From an uncultured Holosporaceae bacterium (lineage in GTDB: Bacteria > Pseudomonadota > Alphaproteobacteria > UBA7879), in contig CAYGMA010000002.1 of NCBI GenBank assembly GCA_964351045.1, forward strand, positions 1 to 27,324: a stretch of DNA of 27,324 nucleotides, written 5' to 3'. Positions 8,439 to 15,720 of the stretch are shown here, in pieces (position 1 is the stretch's first letter; each line of letters begins with the position of its first letter). Both the position numbers and the translations under genes were made by a program. A model generated the notes under the pieces. That model had not been told where the DNA came from. It saw only the letters and a list, made by a program, of their open reading frames with translations, and did no database searches.

Positions 8439-9692
8439 ATGAAGTCTCTTTTATCTAAATCAAGTCGGTTTGCTCTTCTTTACTGGTTTGTTGCTGCGTG
8501 TTTTTACTTTTATCAATATGTTTTACGTGTGTCTGGTGGTCTTTTAACAGACACGTTGATGCAGGATTTTGGTATTACAGCCTCGGCGGTTGGGACTGTC
8601 TTGAGCGTTGCAAGCTTTTCATATGTGTTTATGCAAATCCCAGCAGGGGCAACAACCGATTACTTTGGTGTTAAATGGGTTTTTCCTGTGGCCTGCTTTC
8701 TGTGTGGACTGGGGTGTTACCTTTTTGTGGCCTCCGAAGGCATGACGCTTCTGTTAATTGCGCGGGCTTTAATTGGCGTTGGTGCTGCTTATGCTTTTAT
8801 CTGTGCGACAAAAATTATCTCTTTATATTTTGATGGAAAGATGTTGCCCGCCATGGTGTCTTGGACGATCCTAATAGGATCGAGTGGCGGGTTGATTGGC
8901 GCTGGGCCACTTGCTTCTGCAATGGAAGACTTTGGCTGGCGCACAAGCTTGTTTTATGTGGCGCTTTTTGGTTTTCTTTTAGGAGGTCTTAGCTTTGCGT
9001 TGGGGTGGAAATCAACGGCACGCCAAAAGAAAGCAGCACAAAAAGAAAAGAATCGACTTTTAGAAGGGCTTGCCTATTGCATGAAAACGCCTCAAGTTTT
9101 GATTGTGTGCGCGTGGGGCTTTTGCATTTATATGCCTCTGTGTGTGTTTGCAGATACGTGGGGCGTTCCGTATTTGATGCAGGCTACAAATTGTACAAAA
9201 AACATTGCGGCTCAACATGTTTCGTTGATTTACTTGGGCCTTATAGTTGGGTGTCCTCTTTTTGGATGGCTTGGAAGCAAGTTTAGTCGGTATGACATTA
9301 TTTTTTCTGTTTCTTCCTTTTTCCTGATTATTCTTTTTTATTTGGTTTTCTGGCAGATCTCTCTGGTTTCTTTCATGCTGGAAGCACTTATGGTGTTGAT
9401 TGGGTTTTTCATTAGTGTCCAGTTGCTGATGTTTCCAGCGGCCGTGCGCCATGTGCCTGTGCATTTTACAGCCTCTACAGTGGGGTTGGTGAATACGGCA
9501 ACCATGATTAGTGGAGCCATTTTTCAAAAGCTTGTGGGAGCTGGCGTTGATTGGCTGTGGGATGGCTCTTATTATGAGGGAGTGCCTCGCTATGGCACAC
9601 AATGCTACCAAATCCCCTTAACTGTGATTGTCTTTTTTATGGTGTGTGCTTTTTTGATTTCTTTGTTTATTCGAGATAAAAAATCAAAATAA
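8439..9692 (+). CDS. Major facilitator superfamily transporter (Pht-like)
   Basis: About 12 hydrophobic segments, MFS motif A variant GATTDYFGVK, FYFYQYVLRV near the N-terminus, WGVPYL in the C-terminal half. Confidence 0.88.
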   Translation: MKSLLSKSSRFALLYWFVAACFYFYQYVLRVSGGLLTDTLMQDFGITASAVGTVLSVASFSYVFMQIPAGATTDYFGVKWVFPVACFLCGLGCYLFVASEGMTLLLIARALIGVGAAYAFICATKIISLYFDGKMLPAMVSWTILIGSSGGLIGAGPLASAMEDFGWRTSLFYVALFGFLLGGLSFALGWKSTARQKKAAQKEKNRLLEGLAYCMKTPQVLIVCAWGFCIYMPLCVFADTWGVPYLMQATNCTKNIAAQHVSLIYLGLIVGCPLFGWLGSKFSRYDIIFSVSSFFLIILFYLVFWQISLVSFMLEALMVLIGFFISVQLLMFPAAVRHVPVHFTASTVGLVNTATMISGAIFQKLVGAGVDWLWDGSYYEGVPRYGTQCYQIPLTVIVFFMVCAFLISLFIRDKKSK

Positions 9693-9710
9693 AAGAAAAC
9701 ACACAGTAAA

Positions 9711-9726
9711 TTAACATTAATTTAAC
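9711..9726 (+). promoter_or_regulatory. CtrA-binding consensus match
   Basis: TTAA-CATTAAT-TTAAC equals TTAA-N7-TTAAC, ending 10 nt upstream of the proposed -35 of dusB. Confidence 0.45.
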
Positions 9727-9736
9727 CAACTTTTCC

Positions 9737-9765
9737 TTGCGTTAGCGCTTTTTTTTAGCTAATTA
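9737..9765 (+). promoter_or_regulatory. Probable sigma70 promoter of the dusB operon
   Basis: TTGCGT (9737-9742), 17 nt, TAATTA (9760-9765) in a GCTAAT context. A -10 lacking the -7T is common in Alphaproteobacteria. Confidence 0.45.
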
Positions 9766-9782
9766 TGCCTAATATTTAAGCA
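9766..9782. promoter_or_regulatory. Fis/NtrC-type operator (near-palindrome)
   Basis: TGCCTAATATTTAAGCA has the TGC-N11-GCA NtrC-box geometry, and its inner 15-mer GCCTAATATTTAAGC fits the Fis consensus GNNYRNNWNNYRNNC. It lies just after the proposed -10 and 10 nt before the dusB ATG. Confidence 0.55.
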
Positions 9783-9792
9783 AACTAGAAAA

Positions 9793-10788
9793 ATGAAGCC
9801 CATTCAAATTGGATCGATAACCATTGATAATCCGGTGATTTTAGCGCCCATGTCGGGTGTGACGGATTTGCCATATCGTCGGTTGGTGAAAGAGAGCGGT
9901 GTTGGGCTGGTTGTTTCTGAGATGATTGCTAGTGCGGCTATGGTACGTGAAACACGTCAATCTTTGTTGATGGCGAAAAGCGAGCCTGAGCAATATCCAA
10001 TGGCGGTTCAGCTTGCTGGATGTGATCCTGAAATTATGGCAGAGGCAGCTAAGTTGAATGTGGATCGTGGGGCGGAAATTATTGATATTAATATGGGCTG
10101 CCCCGTTAAAAAAGTTGTGAATGGATTTGCTGGTTCTGCGTTGATGAAAGATGAAGCGCATGCGGCTAAAATTCTTGAAGCCACTGTGAAGGCGGTTAAC
10201 GTTCCTGTGACATTAAAAATGAGAACAGGATGGAATGCAGAAAACCGAAATGCGCCGCAGTTGGCGAAGATTGCTGAAGACTTAGGTATTCAGATGATCA
10301 CAGTCCATGGAAGAACCCGAGCACAGCTTTATAATGGATCTGCGGATTGGGCGTTTGTTCGCAACGTGAAGGAAGCGGTTTCTATTCCTGTGATTGTGAA
10401 TGGAGATATAAAATCTCCAGAGGATGCACAAATGGCTTTAGAGCTTTCTGGAGCTGATGGCATTATGGTTGGGCGTGCGACTTATGGGCGTCCGTGGCTC
10501 TTATCCCAATTGAGCACGTTTTTGATGGAGGGAAAACGTGTTGAAGAGCCCTCTTTAGAAACACGTATTTCTGTGATGCAGCGACATATGGAAGATATGA
10601 TGCAACATTATGGAGAACAAACGGCAGTGAAGTTGGTGAGAAAGCATTTGGGATGGTACAGCAAAGGATTGCCGTGCTCTGCTGATTTTCGACTCGCTGT
10701 GAACACGTCTCAAACGTACGAGGGGATTAAAAACCTTATACAGTCTTTTTTCTACCCTCACATTAACAAAGAAATTTATGCTGCATAA
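9793..10788 (+). CDS. dusB: tRNA-dihydrouridine synthase B (NifR3 family)
   Basis: [34 protein letters not shown] (catalytic Cys), [31 protein letters not shown]. Confidence 0.96.
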   Translation: MKPIQIGSITIDNPVILAPMSGVTDLPYRRLVKESGVGLVVSEMIASAAMVRETRQSLLMAKSEPEQYPMAVQLAGCDPEIMAEAAKLNVDRGAEIIDINMGCPVKKVVNGFAGSALMKDEAHAAKILEATVKAVNVPVTLKMRTGWNAENRNAPQLAKIAEDLGIQMITVHGRTRAQLYNGSADWAFVRNVKEAVSIPVIVNGDIKSPEDAQMALELSGADGIMVGRATYGRPWLLSQLSTFLMEGKRVEEPSLETRISVMQRHMEDMMQHYGEQTAVKLVRKHLGWYSKGLPCSADFRLAVNTSQTYEGIKNLIQSFFYPHINKEIYAA

Positions 10789-10804
10789 AGGATTTTAAAA
10801 CAGA

Positions 10805-11080
10805 ATGAAAAAAGAAACAGTTTCCATCTCTTTGCCAAAAGAATTCACTGAAAATGGAATTGGACATTTGGTCACGGCTTATTTAGATGGTTTTGTTATG
10901 AATCATCCCAACTTTTGTGAAATGGGAAACTTACATCGCATTATTGTGGATGAGGTTGAAAAGGCAGTGATTATCAAAGTTTTAGAAAAAACAAATGGAA
11001 ATCAGTCTAAGGCGGCTCAAATTTTAGGGGTTAACCGAAACACCTTGCGAAAAAAACTCCTTGCACATAAAATTGCGTAA
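10805..11080 (+). CDS. Stand-alone Fis-type HTH protein corresponding to the NtrC C-terminal dimerisation/DNA-binding domain
   Basis: 91 aa; LHRIIVDEVEKAVIIKVLEKTNGNQSKAAQILGVNRNTLRKKL is an HTH_8/Fis signature. No receiver or AAA+ domain. RBS-like AAGGA lies in the 16-nt gap after the dusB stop. Confidence 0.88.
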   Translation: MKKETVSISLPKEFTENGIGHLVTAYLDGFVMNHPNFCEMGNLHRIIVDEVEKAVIIKVLEKTNGNQSKAAQILGVNRNTLRKKLLAHKIA

Positions 11081-11090
11081 CAACTAAGTT

Positions 11091-13277
11091 TTGCGTGTGG
11101 CTACTTCTTCTTTATCAGACATTTACGGAAAGTCGTTTTTTGGGAGATGGTTTGTTCTCTTTGCCTTGTGTCTTGTTGCTGTTTTAGGAGCGGTTACGTA
11201 CTACTTTTTTTTGACATTGGATATGTCTCAGACGGCACAGCCCTCTAAAGCTATTAACACAATTTTAGTGGTGGATAGCGCTGTTTTATTGGTGCTTTCT
11301 GGTATTATTATCTTTAGAATCATTCAAGTGTGGCTGCGCTTTCGCAGGAAGGTAAGTGAGGCTCGGCTTCATTTCAAAATTATGCTGCTTTTTGGAATTG
11401 TCTCTATTGTGCCGGCAATTGTGATGATGGCGTTTTCCACGCTCTTTTTTCATTATGGAATGCAATCTTGGTTTAACGATAAAGTGCAAGGAGCACTGAA
11501 TGAGTCTTTGAGTGTTGCGCGTTCGTATCTTAAAGAGCATGAACAGATTATGGAGCGTGATACACTTATTTTGGCGAAAGATTTGAGCAATAACCCAGAC
11601 GTTTTTGAGTTGCCTAAAGCAGAACGCAATCACCGTTTTAACTTTATGGCTTCAACCATTCGAGGGATGCGTGAAGCAGTTGTATTTAATCAGGAAAATA
11701 AAATTATCGCGCGGTCAGATTTAACCTTTGCCATTGGGTTTGAGTATATTCCTCAGAAAATTTTTGATCAGGTTAAAAATGCATCTCCTGAAACACGTGT
11801 CGTTATTTTGCGGAGTGAGTCAGACGATCGACTAAGGGCGTTGGTGAAAATTAATACGCCGGAGCCGTTGTATTTATATGTTGGGCGGTTTGTGGATCCA
11901 AAGGTTCTAACGTTTCTTCATGAAGCAGAACATAACGTTGAAGACTATGGTAAACTTGCTGTTTCTAGGCTGCAGTTTGAAGTGACATTCACATTGGTTT
12001 TTGTGGTTGTGTCTTTGCTTGTTTTATTAACCGCGATTCTCTTTGGGCTGCGGTTTGCGAATCGGTTGCTTTTGCCGTTGGAAGAGCTTTCGATGGCAGC
12101 GCAACGTATGGCGTCGGGAGACTTAACAGCGCGTGTTGAAGAGAATAAAAAAGGGGATGAGATTAACGCGCTTAAAAGAACCTTTAATAAAATGGCCAGT
12201 CAAATTGAAAATCAACGGCACGATCTTTTAAGCGTGAATGAGGAGTTGATAGATCGGCGTCACTTTATTGAATCGGTTTTATCAAACATTTCTTCAGCCG
12301 TTATTAATGTGAACGCTAAGAAACAGATCTTGTTTGCCAATGAATCGTCTAAGAAAATTTTCAACAAAGACTTAACGAAATCTTTAGGGCAATCCTTGGT
12401 TAAAGTTGCTCCCTTTTTTAGGGATATTTTAACCGGAGAAAAGCCGCCATTGAAATCGCTTCATAGAAAGGTTTTGATTGAGGGAAAAGAGCATATTCTC
12501 TCTATTAAGATTTTAGAAGATATTGAAGAGGGACATATAGAAGGATATTTTATTACCGTTGAAGATGTGACAGAACTTCTCTCTGTTCAGAAGAAAGCGG
12601 CTTGGGCGGATGTGGCGCGCCAAATTGCCCATGAAATTAAGAACCCTTTGACGCCTATACAGCTTGCGACAGAACGGCTTAAGAAAAAATTTATTGGGCA
12701 AATCGACTCTGGGAAGGAGCAGTTCTCAGATTATATTGAGACGATCATGCGGTATGTTCAGCAAATCCAGAGCCTTATTAATGCGTTTAGTGATTTTGCT
12801 CGTATGCCTACCCCTAAAATGGAAAAGGTTGATTTCTTCTCCCTTGTGCATAAGGCGCTGAGTTTGCAGAAAACAGCGTATCCTTCTATTGAGTTTAAGG
12901 AGGAAAAACAGGATGAACAAGCTGTGTTTATCTTTGTCGATTCAAACCTTATTGTGCAGGCTTTAACAAATATTTTAAAGAATGCGATTGAGGCGGTGAT
13001 GGATCAGAAGAACCCAATGATTACGGTTTCTTCCTGGGTGGAGGATAAACAATGCATTGTGCGTGTTTCTGATAATGGACCTGGGTTTCCTGAAAACATT
13101 GACGCTGAAGACCTTTTTGATCCCTATATTACGTATAGTAAAGAGGGGACAGGTTTAGGGCTTGGAATTGTTCGAAATATTATTGAAAACCACAACGGCC
13201 AGGTGCGCTTGGTTCAGAAAAAAGGAAAAGGGGCTGTTGTTGAGATTGTTTTACCGATCTTGGATAAGAAGTCATAG
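11091..13277 (+). CDS. ntrY: Sensor histidine kinase NtrY (TM, periplasmic domain, HAMP, PAS, HisKA, HATPase)
   Basis: AAWADVARQIAHEIKNPLTPIQL (H-box), QALTNILKNAIEA (N-box), VSDNGPGFP, GTGLGLGIV. Position upstream of ntrX. TTG start. Confidence 0.92.
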   Translation: MRVATSSLSDIYGKSFFGRWFVLFALCLVAVLGAVTYYFFLTLDMSQTAQPSKAINTILVVDSAVLLVLSGIIIFRIIQVWLRFRRKVSEARLHFKIMLLFGIVSIVPAIVMMAFSTLFFHYGMQSWFNDKVQGALNESLSVARSYLKEHEQIMERDTLILAKDLSNNPDVFELPKAERNHRFNFMASTIRGMREAVVFNQENKIIARSDLTFAIGFEYIPQKIFDQVKNASPETRVVILRSESDDRLRALVKINTPEPLYLYVGRFVDPKVLTFLHEAEHNVEDYGKLAVSRLQFEVTFTLVFVVVSLLVLLTAILFGLRFANRLLLPLEELSMAAQRMASGDLTARVEENKKGDEINALKRTFNKMASQIENQRHDLLSVNEELIDRRHFIESVLSNISSAVINVNAKKQILFANESSKKIFNKDLTKSLGQSLVKVAPFFRDILTGEKPPLKSLHRKVLIEGKEHILSIKILEDIEEGHIEGYFITVEDVTELLSVQKKAAWADVARQIAHEIKNPLTPIQLATERLKKKFIGQIDSGKEQFSDYIETIMRYVQQIQSLINAFSDFARMPTPKMEKVDFFSLVHKALSLQKTAYPSIEFKEEKQDEQAVFIFVDSNLIVQALTNILKNAIEAVMDQKNPMITVSSWVEDKQCIVRVSDNGPGFPENIDAEDLFDPYITYSKEGTGLGLGIVRNIIENHNGQVRLVQKKGKGAVVEIVLPILDKKS

Positions 13278-13294
13278 AAAAATAGGGGGGTGTG

Positions 13295-14674
13295 ATGAAA
13301 GCGAAAATTCTTGTTGTTGATGATCAAGCTGATATCAGAACCCTTTTAGGGGAGTTCTTAGAAGACGAGGGATACACTGTTTTGGTTGCGTCAGATGGTC
13401 AGGAGGCTTTGAAGCTCATTGAGTATGAACAGCCAGGCATTGTTCTTTTGGATATTTGGCTCAATGACAAGCGGTTTGATGGTATTGCCATTTTAGACAT
13501 TATCCGCGAGAAATTTCCGGATGTTGTGACGATCATGATGAGTGGCCATGGAACCATTGAAACCGCTATTGCGACGTTAAAAAAAGGAGCGTTTGATTTT
13601 ATTGAGAAACCGTTCCAAAGTGAGCGGCTTTCTAGCATGCTTGAAAAAGCAAAACAAGTAATTGATCTGCGCAAGGAGCTTTCTCTGTTAAAGGGGAAGG
13701 TTGAACATCAAAGTGATTTTATTGGCTCTTCTAAAAGTACAGAAGCTGTGCGAAAAGAGCTCTTAAAACTAGCTCATACAAATGCACGGGTGATGTTGGT
13801 TGGGCCTTCAGGTGTTGGTAAAACCCAGGCAGCGCGATTTATTCATGTGAACTCTGAGCGCGCCAAGATGCCTTTTGTGGAAGTTGATTGTGCAGTTTTA
13901 GATGACAAAACTTTTTCAGAAGCTTTTTTTGGGGCTGAGGCAGAAAGCGCTGAAGGATACCCCGTTGTGAAAGTGGGGCTTTTAGAGCAAGCTAATAAAG
14001 GAACATTGGTTTTAGAAAATGTTCAAGATTTGCCGAAAGCTGTTTCTTCAAAATTGGCACATGTGTTGCACTCAAAAAAATTTCAACGCATTGGTGGCGA
14101 GCGTTCTTATGATATTGATGTTCGGTTTTTATCAACACTCGTTCCTCTTTCAAAGGTGGGCACTCAACCGTCTCACCAAATTCGGGAAGATCTTTATCAC
14201 CGACTGGCTGTTGCATCCATTGAGATCCCTCCTTTGTCTAACCGGGTGGATGATATTATGGATCTTGTGCGTTACTTTTATGAGGTGTTTTCAGGCAAAA
14301 GCAAGGTGATTGTTTCACAAGAAGCCAAGTTTATTTTGATGAACTATAGCTGGCCCGGAAATGTGAGGCAGTTAAAAAATGTGGTTGAATGGATATCCAT
14401 TGTTTTAAAAGAGGGAGGAACTGAAATTCTTCCTAAATATTTACCTCGAGACTTGAAAGAACCTTCTGAAAATAGCCCTGCTCAAGAGGGTGGGGATTTA
14501 TTTTTAGGTCCTTTAAAAGAAGCCCGTGAGCGGTTTGAAAAAGCGTATATCGAATTTCATTTGCACTGTTCTCAAGGAAATATCAAAAAAACAGCAGAAG
14601 AAATTGGTATGGAAAGAACGGCGTTGCACAGAAAAATTAAAAACTTAGGACTGGACAGCTTAGACGGTTCTTAG
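13295..14674 (+). CDS. ntrX: Response regulator NtrX (receiver, AAA+-like domain, Fis-type HTH)
   Basis: ILVVDD, VLLDIWL, MMSGHGTIETA, FIEKPF in the receiver; WPGNVRQLKNVVE; C-terminal GNIKKTAEEIGMERTALHRKIK, typical of NtrX. ATG 13295 or GTG 13292. Confidence 0.93.
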   Translation: MKAKILVVDDQADIRTLLGEFLEDEGYTVLVASDGQEALKLIEYEQPGIVLLDIWLNDKRFDGIAILDIIREKFPDVVTIMMSGHGTIETAIATLKKGAFDFIEKPFQSERLSSMLEKAKQVIDLRKELSLLKGKVEHQSDFIGSSKSTEAVRKELLKLAHTNARVMLVGPSGVGKTQAARFIHVNSERAKMPFVEVDCAVLDDKTFSEAFFGAEAESAEGYPVVKVGLLEQANKGTLVLENVQDLPKAVSSKLAHVLHSKKFQRIGGERSYDIDVRFLSTLVPLSKVGTQPSHQIREDLYHRLAVASIEIPPLSNRVDDIMDLVRYFYEVFSGKSKVIVSQEAKFILMNYSWPGNVRQLKNVVEWISIVLKEGGTEILPKYLPRDLKEPSENSPAQEGGDLFLGPLKEARERFEKAYIEFHLHCSQGNIKKTAEEIGMERTALHRKIKNLGLDSLDGS

Positions 14675-14704
14675 AGAAAGATCTTCACGTTTTGTCTGGC
14701 TGGA

Positions 14705-14735
14705 CCCTGGGGTTAAGCCCCAGGGCGTAGAGAGA
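14705..14735. repeat. REP-like palindromic element, copy 2
   Basis: CCCTGGGG, TTAAG, CCCCAGGG, then CGTAGAGAGA; 26/31 identical to 8296-8326. Confidence 0.75.
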
Positions 14736-14877
14736 GTTTGCAGCGTGGAGCAAAGCTTTATAAAATAAATAGCGTGGCGTGGAAGAAAATGATAGTTTCT
14801 GTAAGAAGTTATTGAGAGTTTCCTGCCCAGAACAAGGGCGTATTTATTGTATTAATCAGTATTTTTAAAGAGCTTTT

Positions 14878-15720
14878 ATGAAATTTGTTTATATAAATGG
14901 ATCTTATTACCCTAAGAACTTAGCGGCCCTTTCTGTTGATGATCGTGGCGTTGTTTTTGGTGATGCTCTTTATGAATCTGTTACGGTGCATGATGGAAAG
15001 CTTATTGATTTTTTAGCGCATTTAGATCGATTGTATGATGCGATGGAAGCACTCCACATGAGGCCTTTTTTGAAAAGGAACGTGCTGTCTATTCCTATTC
15101 TGGAGCTTTATCGACGGGATAAAATTAAAAATGGCTTGCTGTATATGCAGGTGTCTCGGGGGATTTATCCAAGGTCTCATCCTTTTCCTAAGCAGAAGAA
15201 AAAAGGGTCGTTGTTTATGTATTTTAAATCAGCTCCGACCCTTGTGCCAAACCGGCACATTAAAATGTTTGCTCAAGAAGATGTGCGCTCTTCTTATTGT
15301 TCGATTAAGTCAACAGCTTTACTTCCAAATATTCTTGCAAAGCAAAAAGCAATTGAGCTGGGAGGGGATGAGGTGTTGTTTAAACGTGGGGATGAGTTAA
15401 TAGAGGGGGCGTCTTGCAACTTCTTCTTGGTGCAGGGTGGAAAACTTTATACGTGCCCAGAAGATGGGCGTATTGTTCCAGGCACAACGCGGGAACGGCT
15501 TCTTGCCTTGGCAAAAAACCTTGGATATGAAGTTGTTTTAAAGGCTCCAAGCTACACAATGCTGAAAGAAGCAGATGAGGCCTTTGTGTCTCACGCGTCT
15601 AATGGGATTAGCCATGTTAAAGAAATTGATGGTCTTTCTTTAACTAAAAATCAATCCATCAGCAAAAAGCTTTTTGAGGTGTATTGTGAAACAGTTCCCA
15701 AGTATACGCTGGCGAGCTGA
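14878..15720 (+). CDS. dat: Class IV PLP-dependent aminotransferase, D-amino-acid aminotransferase-like
   Basis: DDRGVVFGDALYE, AHLDRL, LYMQVSRG, IKSTALLPN (PLP lysine), EGASCNFF, GTTRE. Location between ntrX and hfq as in other Alphaproteobacteria. Confidence 0.8.
   Translation: MKFVYINGSYYPKNLAALSVDDRGVVFGDALYESVTVHDGKLIDFLAHLDRLYDAMEALHMRPFLKRNVLSIPILELYRRDKIKNGLLYMQVSRGIYPRSHPFPKQKKKGSLFMYFKSAPTLVPNRHIKMFAQEDVRSSYCSIKSTALLPNILAKQKAIELGGDEVLFKRGDELIEGASCNFFLVQGGKLYTCPEDGRIVPGTTRERLLALAKNLGYEVVLKAPSYTMLKEADEAFVSHASNGISHVKEIDGLSLTKNQSISKKLFEVYCETVPKYTLAS

Noticed and set aside
10789-10804. ntrB or ntrC pseudogene remnants between dusB and the Fis-like gene
   Set aside because: The gap is only 16 nt, so nothing of a kinase, receiver or AAA+ domain remains.
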